Shown in pieces: positions 9,512 to 18,652 of a stretch of DNA of 64,000 nt. Within the stretch, counting starts at the first letter, position 1, and every line of letters begins with the position of its first letter. Below the pieces are notes generated by a model that had not been told where the DNA came from, did not search any database, and saw nothing but the letters and a program-made list of their open reading frames with translations. A program made the translations under genes and the position numbers. Origin of the DNA: an uncultured Gammaproteobacteria bacterium (GTDB lineage: Bacteria > Patescibacteriota > Microgenomatia > UBA8517); assembly GCA_964540475.1 (NCBI GenBank), contig CAZIMC010000001.1:9873-73872 (forward strand), read 5' to 3'.

Positions 9512-9579
9512 GTATTGTCAAGTATTAGAAAATATGTTACATTGTGTCTGCTTGACAAAAGATCTAAACTAATTCGGAT

Positions 9580-9957
9580 ATGAAAAACTTAACATTACCA
9601 TTAATTATTGTTGTTTCTTTGGGTATACTCATTGTTGGGGCGTTTGCATTAACAAAACAATCTAATTCCCCCACTCCACTCCCTTCTTATTTTGAATATT
9701 TCTGGGGAGACGGTTGCCCCAAATGCGAAACAGTTGAGGAGTTTTTAAACTCTTGGGAGAAAAAAGATGAAGTGCAAATTGTTAAAAAGGAAGTTTGGAA
9801 TAATCAGATTAATGCAAATCTTATGCTTGAACGGGCCCGATACTGCGGGATAAATCCCAATCAAGGTCTGGGGGTACCATTTCTGTTTACACCAGAGGGG
9901 CAATGTATAATTGGCGACGCTCCTATAATTGACTACTTAGAAGGCTTAAATTTATGA
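9580..9957 (+). CDS. membrane-anchored thioredoxin-like protein (CPKC)
   Basis: N-terminal TM helix and a thioredoxin-fold signature WGDGCPKC. Confidence 0.5.
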   Translation: MKNLTLPLIIVVSLGILIVGAFALTKQSNSPTPLPSYFEYFWGDGCPKCETVEEFLNSWEKKDEVQIVKKEVWNNQINANLMLERARYCGINPNQGLGVPFLFTPEGQCIIGDAPIIDYLEGLNL

Positions 9958-10535
9958 AAACCATCTGGAAGTTTATATTAACTGCAATCTTGGTACCTAC
10001 AACTCTCCTGTTCCCTGCTCCTGCACATGCAGTTTGCCCGGTTTGCACTATTGCGGTCGGCGCGGGACTTGGTCTATCAAGATGGCTCGGAATTGATGAC
10101 ACAATAACAGCAATTTGGATAGGTGGGCTTATTCTTTCAATGAGTTTCTGGTTTATTGACTGGTTGAACAAGCGATATTCCAAACAGATTGAAAAGGCTT
10201 TTAAGCCAGCAGTAAAAACACTCAACAAGTTTTCAGTTAATCAGCTATTCAGTCTAACGATTATAGTGTTTATGTACGCACTAACGTTAATACCACTTAA
10301 ATATACCGGTATTATCGGTCATCCCTTTAATACTATTGCAGGGATTGATAAAATACTCTTCGGAACCACTGTTGGCTCTGCCGGTTTTTTGTTTGCTAAA
10401 TGGCTTGATAATCAGGTACGCAAAAGGAAGGGAAAGCAGTTGTTTGTGTATCAAAAAGTGGTTTTTCCTTTAGCAACACTTATTATTATTAGTTTGGTCT
10501 TATATTATTACGGTGGTTACTTATATCGGTTGTGA
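9954..10535 (+). CDS. hypothetical polytopic membrane protein with a CPVC motif at the start of TM1
   Basis: Signal-like N-terminus then AVCPVCTIAVGAG and four or five TM helices. Translationally coupled to the upstream thioredoxin-like gene (ATGA overlap). Confidence 0.4.
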   Translation: MKTIWKFILTAILVPTTLLFPAPAHAVCPVCTIAVGAGLGLSRWLGIDDTITAIWIGGLILSMSFWFIDWLNKRYSKQIEKAFKPAVKTLNKFSVNQLFSLTIIVFMYALTLIPLKYTGIIGHPFNTIAGIDKILFGTTVGSAGFLFAKWLDNQVRKRKGKQLFVYQKVVFPLATLIIISLVLYYYGGYLYRL

Positions 10536-10550
10536 ATGAGGATATAGCGG

Positions 10551-10636
10551 ACTCGCGCGTTCGGATCACTGTTTGTGGGCGTGATCCCGACAAGTCGGGA
10601 GAGCAGGGACCCACAAAAGTGGACGCCAACGCGAGA
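10551..10636 (+). ncRNA. candidate structured RNA element (GC-rich bulged hairpin) in the 5' leader of the downstream gene
   Basis: The intergenic segment has far higher GC than its neighbours. Nested complementary pairs are visible: CTCGCGCGTT/AACGCGAG, CACTGTTTGTGGG/CCCACAAAAGTG, CCCGA/TCGGG with a CAAG loop, and an alternative GGATCAC/GTGATCC pairing. Confidence 0.25.
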
Positions 10637-10652
10637 GGCAGCCAGAAACATT

Positions 10653-11189
10653 ATGAAAATTAATAATTACAAATCACTATTAGCAAAAGTTGACGAAGTA
10701 ACAAAACAAAAAGGGCTGGATCTATCTTCCGGAGAAGATCTTTCAATCGGGATCATGAATCTTATTTCAATAGAAGAGCATCTATTTTTCACTTACAACA
10801 AAACTAAAGACAAAAAATATATCGATTTATTGAATGAAATCAGGCTAATAAGAACGCAGCTTCTAAAAGAAATTATTAAAGACTACGAGGGGGAGGTCTG
10901 GTGTATTAGTAAGCACTTACTGGCTGCTTCGATGAGAATAATGGAGGTGGGAACCAAAGAGCTTAAAAAGAATGAAAGGCAAAAGGCTATCAAACTTTTT
11001 GAAAAGTCGTACAAACTTTATTCGCTTTTCTGGGCAATAAACTTGGACGTAGTTAAACTGGGGAAAATAAAAAGAATGGATAATGACGTAAGTTTGGTCG
11101 ATGAAAACGGTACAGAAAAGGAAAACGTATCGGTGTTTGATAAACTAGGTTCACTGGTGCAAAAAGCGATAGATTGTTGCCGCGAATAA
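10653..11189 (+). CDS. hypothetical protein
   Basis: The ORF is called from 10575, but its first 26 codons translate the GC-rich structured element. MKINNYK is the more plausible start. Confidence 0.4.
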   Translation: MKINNYKSLLAKVDEVTKQKGLDLSSGEDLSIGIMNLISIEEHLFFTYNKTKDKKYIDLLNEIRLIRTQLLKEIIKDYEGEVWCISKHLLAASMRIMEVGTKELKKNERQKAIKLFEKSYKLYSLFWAINLDVVKLGKIKRMDNDVSLVDENGTEKENVSVFDKLGSLVQKAIDCCRE

Positions 11190-11190
11190 C

Positions 11191-12216
11191 ATGAATAATA
11201 TTTGGCTAGCATTAATTACAGGTCTAACAACGGGTGGAATTTCCTGCCTTGCCGTTCAGGGGGGGCTTTTGGCTTCCTCCGTTGCCCATCAAACAGAAAG
11301 TGGCTTAGCTGAGAAAGATAGAACTAAATATAAAACAGTTTTCTACTTTTTAGTGTCTAAGCTTGTTGCATACACACTTCTTGGAGCTCTTCTTGGTTTA
11401 GTTGGTTCGGCAATCAGCCTTTCTCCAAAATTTTTTGGGGCTATGCAAATTGCGGCAGGTCTTTTTATGCTCGCAACCGCCGCAAGGCTTTTAGATATTC
11501 ATCCAATATTCAGATACTTTGTTATTCAACCACCTTCATGGGCATATAAAATAATCAGAAAGTACGCAAAAGACGAATCTGTTTTTGCCCCGGCACTTTT
11601 GGGTTTTTCAACGGTTCTTATTCCCTGCGGAGTGACACAAGCGATGATGGTTTTGGCAATTGCCTCAGGCCACGCTCTGACGGGTGCAGCAATCATGTTT
11701 GCATTCACGCTCGGCACCTCACCAGTCTTTTTTGCGTTAGGCGCAACAGCTTTAGAGCTTCTGAAAAGAAAAAGCTTTAGAATTGCCGCCTCTGTCCTTA
11801 TTATCATACTGGGGTTAATGTCAGTTAATACCGGGCAGGTGCTTCGAGGCTCAAACCACACCCTGCAAAATTATTGGCTGGTTACAAGTAGTCTATTTTC
11901 TGAGAGTTCAGTACCACCCTCTGCTTTGGCCAAAATAGATTCAAGCGGCAAGCAAAGCGTTGTTATTAATGTTAAAAATAACGGCTACCAAACAACCACC
12001 ACTCAACTTAAGGTTGGTATTCCCGTTAAACTATCCCTAAGCACCAACAACACCCGGGGTTGCGCTCGTGCATTTACAATCCCCACATTTAACATCTCAA
12101 CTGTGCTGCCTGAAAGCGGGACAGAAATTGTTGAATTTACCCCAACTAAACCTGGAAGACTTGCCTATACCTGTTCAATGGGAATGTACACTGGTTCATT
12201 TGACGTTATCCAATGA
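11191..12216 (+). CDS. CcdA/DsbD-like two-cysteine transmembrane domain fused to a C-terminal cupredoxin-like domain
   Basis: The membrane half has a two-fold repeat with one Cys each (GGISCLAVQGG ... IPCGVTQAMM). The C-terminal part resembles the 8861 cupredoxin-like protein (...YTCSMGMYTGSFDVI). Confidence 0.4.
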   Translation: MNNIWLALITGLTTGGISCLAVQGGLLASSVAHQTESGLAEKDRTKYKTVFYFLVSKLVAYTLLGALLGLVGSAISLSPKFFGAMQIAAGLFMLATAARLLDIHPIFRYFVIQPPSWAYKIIRKYAKDESVFAPALLGFSTVLIPCGVTQAMMVLAIASGHALTGAAIMFAFTLGTSPVFFALGATALELLKRKSFRIAASVLIIILGLMSVNTGQVLRGSNHTLQNYWLVTSSLFSESSVPPSALAKIDSSGKQSVVINVKNNGYQTTTTQLKVGIPVKLSLSTNNTRGCARAFTIPTFNISTVLPESGTEIVEFTPTKPGRLAYTCSMGMYTGSFDVIQ

Positions 12217-12234
12217 ACCATAATCAAAGGTTAA

Positions 12235-12444
12235 ATGTCAAAAGCCAAAACTAAAACATACAAAATTATCGGGATGGACTGCGCCAGCTGCGCAATGCTT
12301 ATTGAAGGCGAGCTTCAGGACCTCGGAATAAAAGCCTCATGTAGCTACGCTAAGGAAACGCTTGATGTGGAGATTAATGATTCAAAACATGATGAAGATA
12401 AAATCCGGGACGTTGTTAAATCCATAGGCTACGACCTGCAGTAA
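12235..12444 (+). CDS. copZ: copper chaperone, HMA domain
   Basis: A 69-aa ferredoxin-like fold with the GMDCASC metal-binding motif. Confidence 0.8.
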   Translation: MSKAKTKTYKIIGMDCASCAMLIEGELQDLGIKASCSYAKETLDVEINDSKHDEDKIRDVVKSIGYDLQ

Positions 12445-12455
12445 ATCAAGATTGC

Positions 12456-13211
12456 TTGTCTCCTGTGCTAAAATTGTATGTGGCTACAAAACAGGAAATT
12501 GAACCAAATCGCGAAACCAGATCAGGCCGCAGTATTCACCAAGAAGCAGAGAAAACAAGAGAAAAAGGATTCTACTTGGAGGCTCTCCAGCTTGCCGATG
12601 AAGCTGCTCTTGCATATTTATTAGAAACAGATCTTCGTGGGTTTGCTGAAACTAGAGCTTCAAGATCTATTACTTTCCGCCATCTTTACAGAACAACTGG
12701 GGATATCGCATATCTTAAACAGGCCCGAAATGAGGCTACCGCAGCGGTTGACCTAGTTCTCAGCCAAAAGGATAAAAGTGCCCACGCAATACCGTTTTTT
12801 CATTTGGCTAATTGCCAAGAAGCTTTAGGTGAGCTTGAAGAAGCCGAACAATCTTACAGAAACGCAGTAGAGGTAATGGAAAAATTCCCACCACCCAGCC
12901 ACAATAGGCCAGCAGTTTTACTAGATTTCAAGGTCCATCTTTACACTGTTCAATATAAATTAGGCCAAACGATGGCGCTGGAATGGGCCGAACAAGCCCT
13001 AGATGAATTAAGACAAACAGATGAAGATCCTTTTAATAAAGCTGTTTGGCTTTCCGGTGGTCACATGCGTATTGCCGAAATGTTGTGGACTGACAACAAA
13101 CATGAAGCCGTTTCGCATTTACTGGAAGCTGAGCGAATAATTTATTCGAATCCCGAACTTACCCTTCGCAATGAGCAATTAAACGCCTTAAAAGATAAGC
13201 TTCAGGCCTAA
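12456..13211 (+). CDS. hypothetical all-helical (TPR-like) protein
   Basis: 251 aa, helical repeat character, no catalytic motif recognised. Confidence 0.35.
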   Translation: MSPVLKLYVATKQEIEPNRETRSGRSIHQEAEKTREKGFYLEALQLADEAALAYLLETDLRGFAETRASRSITFRHLYRTTGDIAYLKQARNEATAAVDLVLSQKDKSAHAIPFFHLANCQEALGELEEAEQSYRNAVEVMEKFPPPSHNRPAVLLDFKVHLYTVQYKLGQTMALEWAEQALDELRQTDEDPFNKAVWLSGGHMRIAEMLWTDNKHEAVSHLLEAERIIYSNPELTLRNEQLNALKDKLQA

Positions 13212-13219
13212 TTATAATA

Positions 13220-14744
13220 CTAAACCTTAGTTTGATATATTTTTGAATACTTTTCTTTTAAATAACTTAGGAAGTATTTGGGATTAAGTTTCTCCCCGGA
13301 CACCTGTACCACTAATTCGTTTGGCCAGTAGAGACTTCCGTGTTGGTGAATCTTGTCGCGGTACCAGGAAAGGATCGTTCCAAACTGTCCGGTTTTAATA
13401 AGTTCGCTTAAATTAAGCTCCTTATTAAGCGTATTGGTAAACTGCGCCGCATATAAAATTCCCTAAGGTATATGTTGGGAAATACCCCATTGGCCCGTGG
13501 CTCCAGTGAACATCTTGTAAAACTCCTTCTCTATCGGCTGCAGGAACCACTCCAAGATATTTCTTCATCTTTTCGCGCCATATTCCCGGCAAATCTTTTA
13601 CCTTAACTTTGTCGTTAACCAATGCTTCTTCTAGTTCAAATCTTAATGCAATATGAAGGTTATAAGTAACTTCGTCTGCTTCTGTTCGAATAAGTGAAGG
13701 GGTAACCCTATTAAAAAACCTAAAAAGCTTTTCATCCCCAGTATCTTTCAACTGCTCAGGGAAAAATGCATGTAAAACCGGTGATAAGTACTGCATAAAT
13801 TCAAGACTTCTTCCCATCTGGTTCTCCCAGAACCTGGATTGGCTTTCGTGAATTCCCAAAGAAACCCCCCCATCAAGAGGCGTATATTCATATTTTTCGT
13901 TAACCCCTTGGTCGTAAAGTGCATGCCCGCCTTCATGAAGCGCTATCATTATACTTTCGCGGAAATCGTTTGCTTTGTACCTATTGGTTATTCGCACATC
14001 GTGCCTGCCTAGTGAGCTGGTAAAAGGATGAGAAGATATATCCATCCTTCCCGCTTCTAAGTCATACCCCGTTTTTCGCAGAACAAAGAGTGAAATCTGC
14101 TTTTGCAATTCAACCGGGTAGTTTTTATCAACTGTTAAGTTGTCTAAACTTTTGTCTTTATATGTTTTACTTTTTAGAATTTTTTTAAGAATACTGGTTA
14201 ATTCCGGCTGGAGTTTTCCAAAGATTCTCCTTCCATTTGCTGCGGTTAAGCCCGGTTCGTACAAATCAAGCAATGCATCATAAGGGTTACTTTTGTAGCC
14301 AATGTGCTTAGCAACAATCTGGTTTAGAGAAACCATCTTAGTTAAATGCGGTTCAAATTCTTTGAAGTTATCCTGTTCTTTGGCCTTTTGCCATGCCATA
14401 AAGGCCATGGAGGAAGTTTTACTGAACTCGATAATTATATCCTGCGGAACTTTGTGATAAAACTTAGCCGAGTGGTTTAAATTTCTGACAATAGCGGCTT
14501 CTTCATTTCCTAGTCTCTCGATTTCTTTCGTCGCATCTTCGAGCAGTTTCCTAAAACCTTCATTGAGCCATTTATCAGATGCAAGTTTTGTTAAATACGC
14601 GGCCTGCTCTGCCCTTTCCTCGGAGGCTTTAGGTGGAAGATTAACACTTAAATCCCATCCTAATACAGATTCTATGCTCCCAATTAAAGCAATTTCTTTA
14701 TAATAATCAAGAAGATCACATACCGTTTTATTTTTTGCTTTCAT
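13220..14744 (-). pseudogene. M32 carboxypeptidase (Taq-like) with a single-base frameshift near the 3' end (true pseudogene or sequencing error)
   Basis: HEGGHALY zinc motif and the HESQSRFWENQ motif. The ORF stops at 13425 after ...YTLGNFICGAVYQYA. The neighbouring frame continues ...YAAQFTNTLNKELNLSELIKTGQFGTILSWYRDKIHQHGSLYWPNELVVQVSGEKLNPKYFLSYLKEKYSKIY down to a stop at 13220-13222. The shift is at the A4 run at 13454-13457. Confidence 0.7.
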
Positions 14745-14812
14745 TAAAAATGAAGTGTAAAGGTAAATTTTAAAATATTCAATCTGTTACGATTTCAAAG
14801 TATAATACTTCT

Positions 14813-15901
14813 GTGTTAAGAAAAATAATTTTATCTTTAGGTTTGGCTGCGATTATAATTACAGTACTCTCAAAAACTGCCAACGCGCAAGCGCCCTCTG
14901 TCACATTTCAATATTACTTAGCAAGAGTTGTGGCCGTATTGGAAGAGGAAATTGTAAACGATTCGCCGCAGCAACTTGTTGAAATTGAAATTTTAAACGG
15001 CCCCGATAGCAGGCAACGAAGGCAAATGGAAGTGGGAGGATTTATTGGAATTACCCGGGAACAACGGGTTCAAGTAGGTGAAACGCTGGTTGTCACACAA
15101 GACGAAGGAAGATATTTTTTAGTTGATAAATTTAGGATTCCCGCACTCATAACTATATTCGTATTCTTTTTTGTGCTGGTGTTGATTTTTGGCGGCATAA
15201 AGGGTGTTGGATCCATCTTCGGCCTTTTTGTTAGTCTTTTGGTATTAATTTATTTTATTATTCCTCGAATAGTCTCTGGTCAAAATCCGCTTATGATTAG
15301 CCTGTTGGGTGCGGTAATCATTGCAACTACATCAATTTATCTGGCTCACGGGTATTCAAAACGGACAACAATTGCTCTTTTGGCAACACTAATTACCCTC
15401 TCTTTCGCTGCAATTGCGTCTTACATTTTTGTTTATTTCTCAAAACTTTCAGGAACCGGAAGCGAGGAGGCTTTGTTTCTACAAGGAGGACTTCTTAAAA
15501 ATGTAAACTTAAGAGGGCTCCTTTTGGGGGGAATTATTATCGGTTCCCTGGGAGTACTCGACGATGTAACAACAGCCCAAGTCGCGACGGTTGACGAACT
15601 CAAAAAGGCAAACACAAAGCTATCAACTACCGAACTTTACAAGCGAGGATTGTCTGTTGGCAGAGAGCACATAGCAGCACTGGTAAATACTCTAGTTCTT
15701 GCTTATGCTGGGGCTTCATTCCCCTTACTTTTAATGTTTACGCTAAGCAGCGAAGTTCCTGTGTGGATTTCACTTAATACTGAGTTTATTGCAGAAGAAA
15801 TAGTCAGAACTCTTGTTGGAAGTTCTGCCTTAATTATAGCTGTACCGATATCAACATTTCTAGCAGCTTATTATTTTGCCGGAATTAAAAGAAAAAGCTA
15901 A
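14813..15901 (+). CDS. YibE/F-family membrane protein
   Basis: Signal peptide, soluble N-terminal segment, then about eight TM helices rich in Gly/Ile. Confidence 0.45.
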   Translation: MLRKIILSLGLAAIIITVLSKTANAQAPSVTFQYYLARVVAVLEEEIVNDSPQQLVEIEILNGPDSRQRRQMEVGGFIGITREQRVQVGETLVVTQDEGRYFLVDKFRIPALITIFVFFFVLVLIFGGIKGVGSIFGLFVSLLVLIYFIIPRIVSGQNPLMISLLGAVIIATTSIYLAHGYSKRTTIALLATLITLSFAAIASYIFVYFSKLSGTGSEEALFLQGGLLKNVNLRGLLLGGIIIGSLGVLDDVTTAQVATVDELKKANTKLSTTELYKRGLSVGREHIAALVNTLVLAYAGASFPLLLMFTLSSEVPVWISLNTEFIAEEIVRTLVGSSALIIAVPISTFLAAYYFAGIKRKS

Positions 15902-16418
15902 TAACTAAAAATGCGGCAATGATTGTTAAATAATATAATCTCTTTTTTGAGCCTTCGAAATTCGCCAAAACACCCCGAAACCAATTTTGCGCTCCCCCGC
16001 CCTCTGTGTGGTCTAACAGCTGATCAACCAAAAGGTGAAGGAAAAAGGAAAGTACTAACCCTCTTCCAAACAAACTGTCGGTTGAAGTTGCTACAAAAAA
16101 CATTAGGAGAAGAAATATTACCTGGAAATATGCTGTATGAAAGATAAGTCCCAACCTCTCTCTTCTAGTGTCATATAGAAGCTGTATGCTTTTGACCAAA
16201 TCCCTTTTTGCAAGCGAGAAATTGACTCTCTGCGATGTAAGTTCCTGCGGTGAAAGGAAGTAAACATAAATTAAATGATCAACGTCAGGTAAAAACGTAC
16301 CCAATAACCCCCCAACCCAAAAAGTCCAATAGTTGACTTCAAACCACCCGCGAAAAACGGTGATAAGAGAAAAGAAGATAAGGAGAGAAAATAAGTGAAT
16401 AAAAATTTCTTTTCTCAT
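15885..16418 (-). CDS. membrane-bound metal-dependent hydrolase-like protein (DUF457-like), hypothetical
   Basis: Polytopic protein of 177 aa with a conserved TFLPDVDH motif. Confidence 0.3.
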   Translation of the reverse strand: MRKEIFIHLFSLLIFFSLITVFRGWFEVNYWTFWVGGLLGTFLPDVDHLIYVYFLSPQELTSQRVNFSLAKRDLVKSIQLLYDTRRERLGLIFHTAYFQVIFLLLMFFVATSTDSLFGRGLVLSFFLHLLVDQLLDHTEGGGAQNWFRGVLANFEGSKKRLYYLTIIAAFLVISFFF

Positions 16419-16439
16419 TTAGGTTAAAAATAGCTTAAC

Positions 16440-16772
16440 CTATTCTGGTTTAGTAGTCCATATATGCAGATGTTTGGCCAAATCCACATACCCGTTTTGG
16501 GTAAATCCAACACCCTCTTTAGTTAAACGTTTTCTTTGTTCTGCCTCCCCATCAAAAGCAAAGTTTTTGGCTAAATGTCCCTCTTTATTAACTACACGAT
16601 GGCATGGCACATCTTTGGATTTGTTAGCATGAAGTGCCCAACCAATTTTTCGAACATCGCGCGTACCAACTAGCTTGGCAATTTGGCCGTAAGTTGCAAC
16701 CTTCCCGGAAGGAATCGTCTGAACTACTTTGTATACCTTAGAAAATAAATTTGGGTTTTTTATATGAGCCAT
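16440..16772 (-). CDS. MGMT-family methylated-DNA-protein-cysteine methyltransferase (DNA-binding/active-site domain only)
   Basis: PCHRVV active-site motif and helix-turn-helix YGQIAKLVG. Confidence 0.75.
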   Translation of the reverse strand: MAHIKNPNLFSKVYKVVQTIPSGKVATYGQIAKLVGTRDVRKIGWALHANKSKDVPCHRVVNKEGHLAKNFAFDGEAEQRKRLTKEGVGFTQNGYVDLAKHLHIWTTKPE

Positions 16773-17749
16773 TAGTCAGTAAAAACCTGAACATACATTT
16801 TTCCATATACTCCGTTATCAATTACGCCTATACCCATCCTACTAAAGCGTCTTTCAAGAATGTTTGCACGGTGCCCTTCCGAGTTCATAAGTCCCGTATG
16901 TGCAGTTGGGGTAGTGGGGGCAAGGGCCAGGTTTTCCCCTGCGAAAGTGTACCCGACACCACCTTCACTTAATCGATCGCCCACATCTTTGCCGTCAGGT
17001 GAAACATGGCTAAAATATTTCCGCTCCCACATATCCCTTGCGTGTTCTCTTGCAACAGGTACTGCATTAGGAAACCACTCAAGCTCATGAATACCAGCGT
17101 TTCTTCTTTCCTGGTTAACCAGACTAAACATCTCAGATTCTGCCCTCTCATCTTCCGAAAGACTGAAACTTTCAACTGTTAAATTGACACTCTCTCTACT
17201 ATCCGGGCGGATTGTTAAATATGTAAGGCTGTCTTCGATAACTCCACCAAAAATCTCGTTAACCGCCCGTTCAATCTGTGTCGTTCGTGCAAGAATGTAA
17301 CCCCCAACCCGGGAATCAACAATATCTCTTTTTATGTCCGGCCTAATGGGTAGAGCAACAGCTAGAGTTAAAATAAACGCAACAATTATTAAACCTTCAC
17401 CAATTGCGGGAAGAATTGCAACGATCCTATTCCACTTCTCTTTCCAAAATTCTCCTGATAATCGTGTTATTAGATGGGCCAACAAAAATCCCAAAATAGC
17501 CTCGGCAATAATTGCAGTTAGCAAAAACCCGACGGCATTTGAAACTGAATGAGCTAGGTTAAATTGTTCCCGTAAGAAATCAGCTGTAATACGATATGCC
17601 CGAAGCGAGATAAGTAAGGCTCCCAGAAAGGAAATAAAATCCGCCATAATTACCAATAATCCATGCCTTACTGCTTCAAATGCGTAGTACGCAAGAATTA
17701 TTAATATAATAAGGTCTACCCAATTTGCATCTAGAACGAAATTATTCAT
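16772..17749 (-). CDS. CvpA-family membrane domain fused to a CAP (SCP/PR1-like) domain
   Basis: Four N-terminal TM helices, then CAP motifs HYTQVVW-like (GHRANIL, YFSHVSPDG). Confidence 0.55.
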   Translation of the reverse strand: MNNFVLDANWVDLIILIILAYYAFEAVRHGLLVIMADFISFLGALLISLRAYRITADFLREQFNLAHSVSNAVGFLLTAIIAEAILGFLLAHLITRLSGEFWKEKWNRIVAILPAIGEGLIIVAFILTLAVALPIRPDIKRDIVDSRVGGYILARTTQIERAVNEIFGGVIEDSLTYLTIRPDSRESVNLTVESFSLSEDERAESEMFSLVNQERRNAGIHELEWFPNAVPVAREHARDMWERKYFSHVSPDGKDVGDRLSEGGVGYTFAGENLALAPTTPTAHTGLMNSEGHRANILERRFSRMGIGVIDNGVYGKMYVQVFTD

Positions 17750-18047
17750 TGGTCTGTATTTTGAGTCCTTTTTTCATTTGGGTCAATTTCCACATGAATA
17801 GTGCAGGTTTGCTTTTTACGTTCTGCGCATCTTTTACAAAACTGCGGGCGGTTTCCATAAGTCCACGGGGCAAATCTTTTGCCAGTTTAATATACAGGGA
17901 AACGTTTTTGGGGTCCTCCAGTTCTTGTGCAAGATTATATCCGTACAATTGAAATTCCCGGGAAACGTATTTGTCATCGTTAACCTCAAACTTTTTTAGT
18001 ACTTCCTGGATGGTCGTAAATCCTTTTTTACTGTTTGAGTTTGTCAT
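17742..18047 (-). CDS. hypothetical protein
   Basis: A 101-aa ORF that overlaps pth upstream and the cvpA-CAP gene downstream, suggesting an operon. Confidence 0.3.
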   Translation of the reverse strand: MTNSNSKKGFTTIQEVLKKFEVNDDKYVSREFQLYGYNLAQELEDPKNVSLYIKLAKDLPRGLMETARSFVKDAQNVKSKPALFMWKLTQMKKGLKIQTNE

Positions 18048-18510
18048 ACAGATCCTCTTCGATACTCTTAAAAACCTGCTCCAGGATCAAAGCTTCTTCG
18101 GAAGTAAAATCCTGTAAAACATATTCCTCGCCCGGTGTTCTGTTGTCGGCATCCCTGTTATCAACTCCGACTCGTATCCTCCAAAATTCAGTTGTTCCCA
18201 ATTCTTTTTCAATCGAATTAACACCGTTATGAACCTTCGGTCCTTTACCGAATTGAATTTTAAAGCTTCCCAGCGGCAAGTCCAAATCGTCGTGAACAAT
18301 ATACAAATTTTCAATTTCCAATTTTAAATTTTCAATTAATTTTTTGACAGCATCGCCAGATTCATTCATAAATACCCCGGTCTTTACTGCATTGATACTT
18401 TTGACGTTTGACTTTTGACCTTTAATGTTGTCTATAAACATATGCCCCACGTTATGTCTGTTATTTTTATACTTTTCTCCTGGATTGCCCAAACCAACCA
18501 ACAGTTTCAT
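18028..18510 (-). CDS. pth: peptidyl-tRNA hydrolase
   Basis: LLVGLGNPGEKYKNNRHNVGH N-terminal signature; 160 aa. Confidence 0.85.
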   Translation of the reverse strand: MKLLVGLGNPGEKYKNNRHNVGHMFIDNIKGQKSNVKSINAVKTGVFMNESGDAVKKLIENLKLEIENLYIVHDDLDLPLGSFKIQFGKGPKVHNGVNSIEKELGTTEFWRIRVGVDNRDADNRTPGEEYVLQDFTSEEALILEQVFKSIEEDLYDKLKQ

Positions 18511-18610
18511 ATAGCTATTCTATCCCCCTTCGCGAAAAACCTCCAGCATGAACTGGTGAATGAAAGCGAAAAAATTTCGCTTCGGAGGGATTTCGCTCCC
18601 GACTAAGCGA

Positions 18611-18642
18611 CTGGGAGAAAACACCTCGGGCTTAACCCGAGG
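18611..18642 (-). terminator. intrinsic terminator downstream of pcm
   Basis: On the minus strand, CCTCGGG-TTAAG-CCCGAGG hairpin followed by TGTTTTCT. Confidence 0.4.
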
Positions 18643-18652
18643 GAGCTTCATA

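Noticed and set aside
10575-10652. Annotated start of the 204-aa ORF at 10575
   Set aside because: The first 26 codons translate the GC-rich hairpin element and give an atypical R/P/E-rich peptide. The in-frame MKINNYK at 10653 is a more plausible start.
10540-10652. Small SRP (4.5S) RNA identity for the GC-rich hairpin
   Set aside because: The length and long-hairpin architecture are compatible, and there is an AGGCAGCCA-like stretch. However, the apical loop is CAAG rather than GNRA, and the conserved domain-IV internal-loop motifs are not convincingly present. It is left as an unassigned structured element.
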